A DNA stretch of 40,773 nucleotides from NCBI GenBank assembly GCA_964532865.1, contig CAZHJA010000001.1:1-40773 (forward strand). Direction: 5' to 3'. The stretch is from an uncultured Gammaproteobacteria bacterium (GTDB lineage: Bacteria > Patescibacteriota > Microgenomatia > UBA1406 > GWC2-37-13). How positions within the stretch are numbered: the first letter of the stretch is position 1; each line of letters opens with the position of its first letter. The position numbers and the translations under genes were made by a program. Below are positions 16,638 through 26,029 of this stretch, piece after piece. Below the pieces are notes generated by a model, which did no database searches, was not told where the DNA came from, and saw only the letters and a program-made list of their open reading frames with translations.

Positions 16638-17111
16638 TTATACCTTTAGCCAACGAGGTGTTTTTTTACAATATTCAGTATAGGAACTTCCAAATCTTCT
16701 TCTTAAGCTGGGCTCTTCATAGAGAACTATGAATAAATAATAAAACATAAATGCTAAAAGCGTATAGATATATAACAGTAAATGTCCAAATATTAAGGAT
16801 ATACCAAGAAAAATTAACGTATCACCAATATATATCGGATTTCGGGAATGCTTATATAATCCTGATGTTACAAATTCTTTTGGTGGCTCTATGGGAACTG
16901 GCGTTCCCTTACCAATCTTGAAGAATAATAAAATACAATAAAGTATCATTACTATTCCACTTGAAAAAATTATTAAACCTAATATTTGCGTTAATGAATT
17001 TGTTATCTGTAATAAGTTTAAATTAGTATTTAAGGTTATGGCAGCTAATGGAAAAACAATAAACACAATAGATATGTATACAAAACTAAGAAATAAAGAA
17101 GTCAATTTCAT
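16638..17111 (-). CDS. Isoprenylcysteine carboxyl methyltransferase / phospholipid methyltransferase family membrane protein
   Basis: It has multiple TM helices and the motif VTSGLYKHSRNPIYIGDTLIFLG...EEPSLRRRFGSSYTEY, characteristic of the ICMT/PEMT family. Confidence 0.75.
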   Translation of the reverse strand: MKLTSLFLSFVYISIVFIVFPLAAITLNTNLNLLQITNSLTQILGLIIFSSGIVMILYCILLFFKIGKGTPVPIEPPKEFVTSGLYKHSRNPIYIGDTLIFLGISLIFGHLLLYIYTLLAFMFYYLFIVLYEEPSLRRRFGSSYTEYCKKTPRWLKV

Positions 17112-17159
17112 ATATAAATTATACCAAAAAGTTCTAGCTATCTAATAGGGGTTATAGGA

Positions 17160-17177
17160 TTTAGATTGTAATAGAAG
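17160..17177. repeat. Left copy of an imperfect direct repeat bracketing the two-gene insert next to ssrA
   Basis: tttagattgtaatagaag (17160-17177) versus tttagattgtcatagaag (18322-18339) matches at 17 of 18 positions. It is followed by a degenerate match to the ssrA terminus (ctggaga at 17194-17200 versus gtggaga at 18352-18358). Confidence 0.5.
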
Positions 17178-17427
17178 CTTATTTGTGGACAAGCTGGAGA
17201 ATAGTTTAAACCAAGTTGAAGAGTATGTTTGGAAATGGTATCCAGTGCTCAAAGATAGGATTATGGGCACAAATAAACAGAGTGTTTATTTATCACATGA
17301 AGGCATTTAAACAATATCAGCACAAAATTTAATATTAAAGAATAATATAATAGGGATGCATCTTGCTGTTTTTGAAAAAAAGGTAATGAAGTATGATCTG
17401 CTAAGAATTACTGCTTTCGTAGTATTT

Positions 17428-18078
17428 TTAGAAATCTACGCCCTTAACTTTAATGTCTAGTGTCGGATATAGTATTTGGTCAACCTTTTTTTTTAACGGA
17501 GCCGCTTCAAATTCTACTTCGTCTTGTGTATGCATGTCTGTACCCACTAAGTCTATGGTGTCTTTCCTTTCTCTACCCCAATGAACGTGTTGTATGTGAT
17601 GAATCACCTCTTCTACAATCGCAATTCCTGCCTTTGTTTCTAATGGAATTTCCTTTGAACCTTTTGTAAACATATCGTCAATTTTTCGTAAATTCACAAA
17701 TAGGACATTATTCGGGGTTTCTAATGCATTATGTTCACGGCCTTTGTAGTCAAGTACTGGAAGAGTACTTAGAACAATTACCAACATACTCTCGTCTATA
17801 TTTTTCTTTCTTGGGAAAGTTCTTTGATTTTGCTCATTTTTTGCCCAGACATTTATTAAATCTTCAAACCTTATACCCCTCTGATATTTTGTTGTATCCT
17901 CATCAAGTACTTGAAAAGTGGTTAATGTAGCTCGCTCTACTTCTCTAACAACACTATCGCTTATGGGTTTTTTTGGTGCTTCTAGTTTGTATATCGGAAA
18001 GTGAGTTTTTCCCAACACCTCTTTCTTTCTTAATTTATCTGGTTTTTGTGCTTGATCTATTATTCCCTCGTTGTCCAT
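17428..18078 (-). CDS. Hypothetical protein (His-rich patch EEVIHHIQHVHWG)
   Basis: 216-aa ORF that is visibly more GC-rich than the surrounding genes. I recognise no family. Confidence 0.5.
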   Translation of the reverse strand: MDNEGIIDQAQKPDKLRKKEVLGKTHFPIYKLEAPKKPISDSVVREVERATLTTFQVLDEDTTKYQRGIRFEDLINVWAKNEQNQRTFPRKKNIDESMLVIVLSTLPVLDYKGREHNALETPNNVLFVNLRKIDDMFTKGSKEIPLETKAGIAIVEEVIHHIQHVHWGRERKDTIDLVGTDMHTQDEVEFEAAPLKKKVDQILYPTLDIKVKGVDF

Positions 18079-18090
18079 GTACGTTCTCCT

Positions 18091-18273
18091 TTAGTATTTT
18101 TTTGAAATTTTAATAAAATTATTTAAGTCTGATTTATTACTAGCTTCCCTTCTTAGATGTTTATAGTTTTCTCCAAACTCTCCTTGAGGAATATTAACAT
18201 TATCAATATCTATTGAAAACAGACTATTCTTTTTTGAATAAGTTGGATTATAATCAACTCTTACTACATTCAT
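18091..18273 (-). CDS. Hypothetical small protein
   Basis: 60-aa ORF located 12 nt upstream of the 216-aa ORF on the same strand. Confidence 0.3.
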   Translation of the reverse strand: MNVVRVDYNPTYSKKNSLFSIDIDNVNIPQGEFGENYKHLRREASNKSDLNNFIKISKKY

Positions 18274-18321
18274 TAAGACTATTATATCAAAAACTCAAAT
18301 ATTTGAATTGAAGAAATATAG

Positions 18322-18339
18322 TTTAGATTGTCATAGAAG
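18322..18339. repeat. Right copy of the direct repeat, 13 nt beyond the ssrA 3' end
   Basis: See the left copy at 17160-17177. Confidence 0.5.
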
Positions 18340-18352
18340 GCTGTTCTACGAG

Positions 18353-18750
18353 TGGAGATGCCGGGAGTTGAACCCGGGTCCGAAAAAACACTAATATAAA
18401 TGTTTAGTTAGAGATAGAATATTTTAACTTTTGTGTCTTTTTAAGAAAATATTCAAAGCTTAAATAGACTGCCAATTATATGTTTTCAAGCCTTTTAACC
18501 AATTGGGAATGTTAAAAAGCCTTACCTTGATTGGTTTTCCCTTCTTAGATTGAATCAAGGGAAATCTAAAAAGAGTTTATTAAAGCTAATTATGCTTCAA
18601 GAAATGCAAAGTTTGCACTCCTACTATAAGCCATAGCTTCGTAAGCTTCTGCTTTATCAGCGTCTGCATTTAAAATTTTTCCTATTTACGGATAAGTCCG
18701 CCCTAACCATTTGTAAAAGTGCAAGTTTTCCGTCGATACCTATCATCCCC
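18353..18750 (-). ncRNA. ssrA: tmRNA (SsrA)
   Basis: The reverse complement starts GGGGATGATAGGTATCGACGG and ends GGACCCGGGTTCAACTCCCGGCATCTCCA. This gives a tRNA-Ala-like acceptor with a G3:U pair and a T arm. An internal tag ORF reads GCA GAC GCT ... AAC TTT GCA TTT CTT GAA GCA TAA (…SANFAFLEA*). Confidence 0.9.
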
Positions 18751-19199
18751 TAGCTCTTTAAATATTCTTTCATTTCTCTTTTTTCTTCTCTTATTATATC
18801 CTGTTTTTTTTCTTGCTTTTTCCTTTCAATATCTCCTTTTCCTTTAACCAAAGCTATTTTAAGCTTAATTAAATTACCCTTATTATAGCAGCCTATAGGC
18901 GCTATTGTCAATCCAGGAGAAGAGCTTATTTTTGTTTTTAATCTAATTAATTCTTTTTTATGAAGCAAAAGTTTTCTAGTTTTTTTTGAATCATATTCAT
19001 GTGGCCTTGCAAACTTATATACAGATATTTCTGCATTAATAAGATAGGCTTCATTATTAATAATCTTTACAAAAGAATCATCAAGAAGCATCCTTCCTGC
19101 TCTAACAGACTTAACTTCTGCACCCAAAAGCTCTATTCCCGCTTCATATTCTTCAATGCTTTTAAATTTTCTTGAAAATTTTCTATTAATTATTTTCAT
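18750..19199 (-). CDS. smpB: SsrA-binding protein SmpB
   Basis: It has GIELLGAEVKSVR, FVKIINNEAYLINAEISVYKF, RKLLLHKKEL and a basic C-terminal tail. Its stop codon overlaps the first base of ssrA. Confidence 0.9.
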   Translation of the reverse strand: MKIINRKFSRKFKSIEEYEAGIELLGAEVKSVRAGRMLLDDSFVKIINNEAYLINAEISVYKFARPHEYDSKKTRKLLLHKKELIRLKTKISSSPGLTIAPIGCYNKGNLIKLKIALVKGKGDIERKKQEKKQDIIREEKREMKEYLKS

Positions 19200-19233
19200 G
19201 TCTTTATTTTACCAAAAATAGTAAAATAGCCTT

Positions 19234-20565
19234 ATGCAAATTATTACTGATCTTCATATTCATTCAAAATATTCTCGTGCAGTTTCTCCAAAGATGAACC
19301 TTGAAGAAATGGCAATATGGGCTTCAAAAAAAGGAATTGATCTTATTGCAACAGCAGACTGGGCTCACCCAATATGGTTTAGAGAAATATGCTCAAGCCT
19401 AAAAGAGGTGGAAAGTGGAATATTTACTCTTAAAAAAAGACCAAAAGAGCAAAAACATGATGTAAAATTCCTTCTTTCTTTTGAAATATCAAGCATATAC
19501 GCCCAAGGAGACAAAACCAACAGAAGAGTACATAATCTCATATTCTCTCCTTCTCTTTCAACATGTGAAAAAATAATAAAAAAATTAACAAGTCTTGGAG
19601 TAAACCTTATTTCAGATGGAAGACCAATAACAGGAATTTCATCTAAAAACCTAATTGAAATAGTTCTTGAAATTGATGAAAAAGCAATGCTTATTCCAGC
19701 CCATATCTGGACTCCATGGTTTTCAATGTTTGGATCAAATTCTGGATTTGACTCTATTTCCGAATGCTTTGGGGATTATAAAAAGTACATATATGGAATT
19801 GAAACCGGACTTTCTTCAGATCCTATTATGAACTGGCAAATAAAAGAGCTTGAAAATAGATCAATCCTTTCTTTTTCAGATGCCCATTCAGGACCTAAGA
19901 TAGGACGTGAAGCAACAGTCTTTGTATCAAAAGAGCCTAAGTTTAACTACTCATACAATGATATTGAGCGTGCAATAAAACAAGATAAAAAAGGGCATCT
20001 TGAAATTGGATATACAATAGAATTCTTTCCAGAAGAAGGGAAATATCATCTTTCAGGTCATAGGAATTGCAATATAAAATATGATGTATTTGATGTAAAA
20101 GAAAAGGGAAAGATCTGTCCTGTTTGCAAAAAGCCATTAACAATTGGAGTTAAAAATAGAGTTTCTGATCTTTCAAATAAAATATTAAAAAAAACAGATT
20201 TACTATTTAAGAAAAACAAAGTTGGAGTAACATTTGTAAGTGATAAAAATAAAAAAAGAAGGCCATTTGTATCAATAATCCCTCTTCAAGAGATATTAAT
20301 TGAAGTAAATAACAACTCCAAAGCAAAAGGATTAAAAGAATATGAAAGATTAACAAATTTTTTTGGAACAGAGTTTGATATTCTTCTTAAAATGCCTTAT
20401 GAAGAAATTGAAAACATAGGTGGAATAAAATTAAAAAAAGCCATTGAGAAAATGAGAGAAAGAAGCGTGTATATTGATGCAGGATATGATGGTGTTTTTG
20501 GAATTGTAAAAGTTTTTGACGAAAAACATGAAAAAAAAGAAAAAAAACAACTTGGCCTATTTTAA
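19234..20565 (+). CDS. Endonuclease Q-like PHP-domain protein
   Basis: An N-terminal DLHIHSKYSRAVSPKM motif and GIDLIATADWAHPIW are followed by downstream His/Asp PHP motifs (PAHIWTPWFS, SFSDAHS). It also has a zinc finger (HRNC...CPVCKKPLTIGVKNRV). This arrangement matches archaeal EndoQ as I recall it. Confidence 0.65.
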   Translation: MQIITDLHIHSKYSRAVSPKMNLEEMAIWASKKGIDLIATADWAHPIWFREICSSLKEVESGIFTLKKRPKEQKHDVKFLLSFEISSIYAQGDKTNRRVHNLIFSPSLSTCEKIIKKLTSLGVNLISDGRPITGISSKNLIEIVLEIDEKAMLIPAHIWTPWFSMFGSNSGFDSISECFGDYKKYIYGIETGLSSDPIMNWQIKELENRSILSFSDAHSGPKIGREATVFVSKEPKFNYSYNDIERAIKQDKKGHLEIGYTIEFFPEEGKYHLSGHRNCNIKYDVFDVKEKGKICPVCKKPLTIGVKNRVSDLSNKILKKTDLLFKKNKVGVTFVSDKNKKRRPFVSIIPLQEILIEVNNNSKAKGLKEYERLTNFFGTEFDILLKMPYEEIENIGGIKLKKAIEKMRERSVYIDAGYDGVFGIVKVFDEKHEKKEKKQLGLF

Positions 20566-21748
20566 TAAATGGCTTTTGTTCCTATTCGTTCTTCTTCTTC
20601 CAACACAACTTGGGAAACATTTCTTTTTTGACTTTTCATATATATCAGGAGTAAGAGTAGATTATCTTGCACCAACAATATATTTAACAGATATATTGGT
20701 TGGAATAATAGCAATAATAAATATTAAGCATATATATAATTTCTTTAAAAGTAAAAAAATACTAATTCTTATCTTCTTGTTATTAATAAATATTCTCACT
20801 TCTTTATCAAAACCTTTGGCAATATATAGTTTCCTAAAAATAATTGAGTTTTTAATAATATTTGCAGTTTTTAAAAAGACAAAAATAAGCGCCAAAAGCA
20901 TATTATATGCATTGTTTATTGGAGCTTTAACTACCCTTTTTTTATCAATTCTACAATTTGTAAGTAAGCATTCAATTCAAGGTATATTTTACTTTTTAGG
21001 AGAGAGATATTTTACATTTTCAACTTATGGAATTGCAAAAGCAACAATAAATAATATAGCTTTTTTAAGACCATATGCCTCGTTTTCACATCCAAACTCT
21101 CTTTCTGGATTTTATTTATTGATATATACGCTCATACTTACCCACCCTTTGTTTAAAAAATCATCTCTTGTTAAAACTCTTCTTCTTTTTATTTCAACAA
21201 TTTTAGTATTTTTATCATTTTCAAAAATAGCAATCTTTACATTTTTAATAATAAATTTCTTATACATCTTAAAAACAAATAAAAATAATCCTTGTGTACT
21301 TTGCAAATATTCTAAAATAATCATATTTTTAATCTTAAGCATAGTTTTTATACAAGCAAAAACTGATCCATTAACCATACAAAAAAGGCTTGAGCTCATT
21401 GTAAATTCATGGAATATAATAAAAGAGAATATTGTTTTTGGAACAGGAATAGGAAATTATCTTATTGCCCAAAAAGGCTTTTTTTCAAAATATTATGTTT
21501 TCTTTAATCAGCCCGTTCATAATATATTTCTTTTATATTTTGCCGAAATTGGAATAATATTTGGACTACTTATTATTTTACTTTTTTTTAAAATATTAAA
21601 AAAAGTCGTACTTAAATATCCATTTATAATTTCTTGTGTAGTAATCACTGGATTTTTTGACCATTATTGGTTTACTCTTCAGCAGAATATATTGCTTTTT
21701 GCAGTAGTTTTTGGATTGTTAAAAATTAAAAACTCTGCAGACTCTTAA
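20516..21748 (+). CDS. O-antigen ligase/polymerase (Wzy_C)-like polytopic membrane protein
   Basis: It has about 10 or more TM helices. The N-terminal LLPTQLGKHFFFDFSYISGVRVDYLAPTIYLTDILV pattern is typical of CPR O-antigen-ligase-like proteins. The start is either 20516 or 20528, and both overlap the EndoQ 3' end. Confidence 0.6.
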   Translation: MTKNMKKKKKNNLAYFNKWLLFLFVLLLPTQLGKHFFFDFSYISGVRVDYLAPTIYLTDILVGIIAIINIKHIYNFFKSKKILILIFLLLINILTSLSKPLAIYSFLKIIEFLIIFAVFKKTKISAKSILYALFIGALTTLFLSILQFVSKHSIQGIFYFLGERYFTFSTYGIAKATINNIAFLRPYASFSHPNSLSGFYLLIYTLILTHPLFKKSSLVKTLLLFISTILVFLSFSKIAIFTFLIINFLYILKTNKNNPCVLCKYSKIIIFLILSIVFIQAKTDPLTIQKRLELIVNSWNIIKENIVFGTGIGNYLIAQKGFFSKYYVFFNQPVHNIFLLYFAEIGIIFGLLIILLFFKILKKVVLKYPFIISCVVITGFFDHYWFTLQQNILLFAVVFGLLKIKNSADS

Positions 21749-22271
21749 ATATTTGAGAATTTAATTCAAGAAGCTGGTTAATCTCTTCATTTTGACCTTG
21801 TGGTAATTCTTTAAGAAATGATTTGGCAATTTCTCTATGTTTTGCATTGCTTAATTTAAGATTGTTTACAAAATCAGATTCTGGGCTTGTCCCTTGCTTT
21901 TTTGAGTTTTTTACTAAATCTGGAATTTTAAGAAAATATTTTTCTCCTTTAGAAAAAGTTGTAATTGCAAGACTGTCTTTGCCTTTTTTTGCAAGGGCTT
22001 CAGCCATTGCAGCTCTCTTATCAGAAAGTAAAAGATATAATTTTGCTTTTTTTAAATTATCACGAGTTTTTAGCTGTAATAATTTGTCTCTTACAACTTT
22101 AATAAAATACAAAGGATGATCTGGTAGTATTCCAGGATAAGGAAGAGTGTATATTACCTCATCATTACTATCCAAAGTTGCCGACTGAGAATAATCAAGA
22201 AGATAAATTGTAGGAGGAACAATTAGAAAAAATAAAACTACTGCAATTCCAAAAATATATTTTCTTATCAT
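21726..22271 (-). CDS. DUF5667-like membrane-anchored protein
   Basis: A TM anchor is followed by LPDHPLYFIKVVRDKLLQLKTRDNLKKAKLYLLLSDKRAAMAEAL, the DUF5667 pattern. I moved the start to the ATG at 22271 because the track start at 22304 lies inside the hup terminator hairpin. Confidence 0.6.
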   Translation of the reverse strand: MIRKYIFGIAVVLFFLIVPPTIYLLDYSQSATLDSNDEVIYTLPYPGILPDHPLYFIKVVRDKLLQLKTRDNLKKAKLYLLLSDKRAAMAEALAKKGKDSLAITTFSKGEKYFLKIPDLVKNSKKQGTSPESDFVNNLKLSNAKHREIAKSFLKELPQGQNEEINQLLELNSQIFKSLQSF

Positions 22272-22294
22272 TTGTATATTTATTATACAAAACA

Positions 22295-22318
22295 CCCCGT
22301 CCATTGTAAAGGACGGGG
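22295..22318 (-). terminator. Intrinsic terminator downstream of hup
   Basis: An 8-bp GC-rich stem pairs ccccgtcc with ggacgggg around the loop attgtaaa. On the minus strand it is followed by TGTTTTGT. Confidence 0.6.
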
Positions 22319-22337
22319 GCTTTGTTATAAAAATAGT

Positions 22338-22610
22338 TTATTTAACTACTCTTTTTAAGCTTTTACCTGCTGTAAATCCAGGTGTTTTTGTTGCTGGGAT
22401 TTGAATTTCAGCTCCTGTTTGAGGATTTCTACCTTTTCTAGCGGCTCTTTTTCGAACCACAAATGTTCCAAATCCAGTTACTACTACTTTTTCTCCTCTT
22501 TTTAATGCATCGGTCATGGTAGAAAAAACAGAGTTTACAGCATCTTTTGATGCCTTTGCTGTAAGTCCAGCTTTTTTTGCAACCTGAACTACTAAATCTG
22601 CCTTAGTCAT
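22338..22610 (-). CDS. hup: HU family DNA-binding protein
   Basis: MTKADLV...[41 protein letters not shown] is a canonical HU sequence. A strong SD (AAAGGAGGTG) lies upstream. Confidence 0.92.
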   Translation of the reverse strand: MTKADLVVQVAKKAGLTAKASKDAVNSVFSTMTDALKRGEKVVVTGFGTFVVRKRAARKGRNPQTGAEIQIPATKTPGFTAGKSLKRVVK

Positions 22611-22660
22611 ATTTTTTCACCTCCTTTTAGCATTGACTTTAAAATAATAATTTTCAATAC

Positions 22661-22689
22661 AGAATAATAAGTTTTTAGCGTCTTGTCAA
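22661..22689 (-). promoter_or_regulatory. Candidate sigma-70-type promoter for hup
   Basis: On the minus strand, TTGACA (22689-22684) is followed by a 17-nt spacer and TATTCT (22666-22661). Confidence 0.35.
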
Positions 22690-22791
22690 TCCATATTTAA
22701 AATATCTTATTATAACAATCTATATCATTTGCATACTATGCTAGCAGTATAAATAGAATTTATTGTGTATAAAGAAAGAAATTTGCGCTAA

Positions 22792-24249
22792 TTATATTTT
22801 TGTTGTAGCTTCACTTCTAAATTCTCTAATGACAGTCACCTTAATCTGGCCTGGGAAAACATCAAACTTTTTCTCAAGTTCATCTTTAATCTTTGAAGCT
22901 AAAACAATTGCATCATTATCGCTGATTTCAGAAGAGCCAACAATAACACGCAATTCACGTCCTGCCTGTAAAGCATAAGCCTCTTTTACTCCTTTTTTTG
23001 TCTTTGCTATTTCCTCAATTGTTTTTATCCGCTTTAAATATTCACCCATATCTTCATGCCTTGCTCCAGGACGTCCTCCAGAAACTGCATCTGCAATATA
23101 CACTATTACTCCTTCAAGGGAAGTAAATGGAATATCTTCATGATGAGATGCAACTGACTCTATTATCTTTTCAGGAAATCGATATCTTTTCAAAAGCTCT
23201 ACTCCCAAATCAATATGAGAACCTTCTTTGTCTATAATAACTTTTCCAATGTCATGAAGAAGACAGCCTAGTTTAACTGCATTAACATCTGCCTTTAACT
23301 CATGTGCCAGTGCCGCACCTATCCTAGTTTCTTCAAGAGTATGAAGAATCATATTTTGACCATATGAATATCTATATTTAAAACGTCCTAATAATCTTGT
23401 AATTTCCTGTGGAAGATTAAAAATACCCACCTTATGAGAAAGCTCTTCTCCTGCTTTGTAAATAACTTTATCTATTTCATTTTTTGTCTTACTTACAATC
23501 TCTTCAATTCTTTGGGGCTGAATACGCCCATCTTTTATCAACTGCTCCAGTGAAATACGAGCAACCTCTCTTCTTATGGCGTCAAAAGAAGAAAGACGAA
23601 TAACCCCTTCTTCTTCAAGATCAACATCAACTCCTGTTGCAAGCTCAAAGGCACGAATATTCCTGCCGTCTTTCCCAATAATTCTTCCCTTAAAATCATC
23701 GCTTGGAAGATTAATTACAGAAAGAGTAAATTCTGAAACATAATCTGTTGCTCCAAAACGCATTGAATCTATAAGAATTTCTTTAGCTTTTTTATCAGCC
23801 TTTTGTTTAATTTGCTCTTCAGATTCACGTATTCTGTTTGCAATATCTGCTTTTAATTTTTCTTCCCAGCCTTGCAAAAGAAGGCTTTTTGCCTGATCCT
23901 TAGTAAGTTTTGCAATTGTTTCAAGCTTTTGAAGCATTAAGTCTCTTTTTTCTTCAAGCTCTTTTTTGGTTTTATTAACATGATCTTTTTCCTTAATCAT
24001 ACTGCTCTTTTCTTTTTCCAATAATCTTCTTTGATCTTCAGTATACTGTTCTTTTTTTGAAAGTCTTTTTTCAACCTCAAGAGTCTTATTTATACTTGCT
24101 CTTGACTGTTCTTCTGCTTTCTGTTTAACGCTTAAAGCCTCTTCATTTGCATTTAATATAATTTCCTTGCTTTTTTGTTTTGTTTTATCAATCTCCTGCT
24201 TTTCAAGTTCTTTACTATAAAAGATTTTTTTAAGTATTTGTTTAAACAT
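22792..24249 (-). CDS. rny: Ribonuclease Y
   Basis: A coiled-coil N-terminus is followed by a KH domain (GRIIGKDGRNIRAFE) and an HD domain (LLHDIGK, ASHHED). Confidence 0.92.
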   Translation of the reverse strand: MFKQILKKIFYSKELEKQEIDKTKQKSKEIILNANEEALSVKQKAEEQSRASINKTLEVEKRLSKKEQYTEDQRRLLEKEKSSMIKEKDHVNKTKKELEEKRDLMLQKLETIAKLTKDQAKSLLLQGWEEKLKADIANRIRESEEQIKQKADKKAKEILIDSMRFGATDYVSEFTLSVINLPSDDFKGRIIGKDGRNIRAFELATGVDVDLEEEGVIRLSSFDAIRREVARISLEQLIKDGRIQPQRIEEIVSKTKNEIDKVIYKAGEELSHKVGIFNLPQEITRLLGRFKYRYSYGQNMILHTLEETRIGAALAHELKADVNAVKLGCLLHDIGKVIIDKEGSHIDLGVELLKRYRFPEKIIESVASHHEDIPFTSLEGVIVYIADAVSGGRPGARHEDMGEYLKRIKTIEEIAKTKKGVKEAYALQAGRELRVIVGSSEISDNDAIVLASKIKDELEKKFDVFPGQIKVTVIREFRSEATTKI

Positions 24250-24425
24250 AAATATGTGTGTAAGGGTTTACTTGAAGAAGAAATATGTCTTAATTATGCA
24301 AAATATTATCGGTTGTTAAAAAAATATTAGATTTAACTATATGTTCCACAAATAATTTTTTAAAATTGTATTAATTTCTGTTTCTTTCTATTGCCTTCTT
24401 CAAGCAATTAATAATTGTTCCTATT

Positions 24426-24911
24426 TTACTCTCTTTTATGCATTTGCGCAATACTATTTTTTGAAAGCTCATAACTAAAGCCTCTTCTTCCTAAAAACTG
24501 TATTGCTTTTTCAAATTGTTTTTTTAAAGGAAGACTTTCAAAAATATGCCATTTAGAAGAAAGTGCTTTAAAAGCAAGTTTTTCTTCATTTATTGGATTT
24601 TCTAAAAAATAATCATCTATTAATCTTCGATCTACTCCATGCCTTATTAACTCATATCTTAAGGCAAATTCTCCTTTTGGTTTATACTTACACCTCTCAT
24701 CTACCAATTTTAAAATAAACTCCTTGTCATTTACTAAGTTCTCTTCTTTTAAATTGGAAATTACTGATTCAATAATATCAGAGTCCCATTTAAATCTTTT
24801 TTTCTTAAGAAGATAGTTTCTGATTTCTTTTTCTGTTCGCGATCTGAATTTTAAAAAGAAATATGCATGCTCTAGAGCTTTTTGAATATTTTGCTCTCTG
24901 TCTTTATTCAT
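24426..24911 (-). CDS. recX: RecX regulatory protein
   Basis: It has AYFFLKFRSRTEKEIRNYLLKK and repeated helical modules, and it lies immediately downstream of recA. Confidence 0.8.
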   Translation of the reverse strand: MNKDREQNIQKALEHAYFFLKFRSRTEKEIRNYLLKKKRFKWDSDIIESVISNLKEENLVNDKEFILKLVDERCKYKPKGEFALRYELIRHGVDRRLIDDYFLENPINEEKLAFKALSSKWHIFESLPLKKQFEKAIQFLGRRGFSYELSKNSIAQMHKRE

Positions 24912-24945
24912 AAATATCCAATAATCATGAGTTCCATATTAAAAA

Positions 24946-25950
24946 TTACTTTCCTTTTGTTTTTGTCTTTTCTTCCAATGCTTTTAATATTTTTGATTTA
25001 AAATCTTGGTCTTTTGTTAATATTTCCTTTACCTGATCCATTCCATGGCCTAAAACCTTATCATTAAATTTAATAAATGAGCCGCTTCTTGTAAGAAGAT
25101 TTGCCGCAATTGCGGCTTGGATTATTCCTTCTTCTTTATCAATTCCATCTGCATTAATTACAAATTCTGCAATTTTAAAAGGAGGAGCAATTTTGTTTTT
25201 AACAATTTTTACTCTAATTCTTGCTCCATATGCTTGATTATTCTTTTTTAAAGTTTCAATCTTTCTAGTATCCATGCGTATTGAGGCGTAAAATTTCAAC
25301 GCCATTCCTCCTGGTGTTGTTTCTGGGTTTCCAAACATTATCCCTATTTTTAATCTAAGCTGATTTGTAAAAATAATTGTTGTTTTTGATTTTGAAACAA
25401 CTCCTGTTAATTTGCGCAGTGCCTGAGACATAAGACGGGCCTGCAGCCCTATTTTTGCCTCTCCCATTTCTCCTTCAATTTCTGCTTTTGGAACAAGTGC
25501 CGCAACAGAATCAATAACAATTAAATCTATTCCTCCTGAACGAATTAATGATTCTGTTATTTCAAGAGCTTGTTCTCCAGTATCGGGTTGAGAAATAAGC
25601 AGGTCTTCAAGTTTTATCCCTAGTTTTTTAGCCCATACAGAATCAAGAGCATGCTCTGCGTCAATAAAAGCAGCAGTTCCTCCTGCTTTTTGTACTTCTG
25701 CAATAATAGAAAGACAGACTGTAGTTTTCCCAGAGGCTTCTGGACCATAAATTTCAATAACCCTTCCTTTTGGAACTCCACCAATACCAAGTGCAACATC
25801 AAGTGGAAGTATGCCTGTTTTAAAAATATCAACTGCTTCTGTAAGCCTTTGTCCCAATCTCATAATTGCACCTTTTCCAAATTGCTTTTGTATTTGTTCA
25901 ATTGCCGTATTAACTGCTTGTTTTTTTGGATTCTTCTCATTTTTTTTCAT
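24946..25950 (-). CDS. recA: Recombinase RecA
   Basis: It has [16 protein letters not shown] (Walker A), [12 protein letters not shown] and [22 protein letters not shown]. Confidence 0.97.
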   Translation of the reverse strand: MKKNEKNPKKQAVNTAIEQIQKQFGKGAIMRLGQRLTEAVDIFKTGILPLDVALGIGGVPKGRVIEIYGPEASGKTTVCLSIIAEVQKAGGTAAFIDAEHALDSVWAKKLGIKLEDLLISQPDTGEQALEITESLIRSGGIDLIVIDSVAALVPKAEIEGEMGEAKIGLQARLMSQALRKLTGVVSKSKTTIIFTNQLRLKIGIMFGNPETTPGGMALKFYASIRMDTRKIETLKKNNQAYGARIRVKIVKNKIAPPFKIAEFVINADGIDKEEGIIQAAIAANLLTRSGSFIKFNDKVLGHGMDQVKEILTKDQDFKSKILKALEEKTKTKGK

Positions 25951-26029
25951 AAATATATATTTAATTATTAACGCCTTTTATTATTGTAAATATTTCAAAT
26001 AATGTCAACGGACTATATGCTACAAAAAG

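Noticed and set aside
17185-17313. A GTG-initiated 42-codon ORF (VDKLENSLNQVEEYVWKWYPVLKDRIMGTNKQSVYLSHEGI) in the gap left of the ssrA-adjacent insert.
   Set aside because: It is too short, has no RBS and belongs to no recognisable family. I treat it as at most a gene remnant rather than a feature.
20516-20565. Two A8 runs lie in the overlap between the EndoQ 3' end and the O-antigen-ligase-like 5' end, and could be a phase-variation tract.
   Set aside because: Lys-rich termini and poly-A runs are pervasive in this AT-rich genome. Without population data there is nothing to distinguish this tract from background.
25620-26002. ORFs 25620-25832 (-), 25651-25971 (+) and 25811-26002 (+).
   Set aside because: They lie fully inside or antisense to the unambiguous recA gene and have no motifs.
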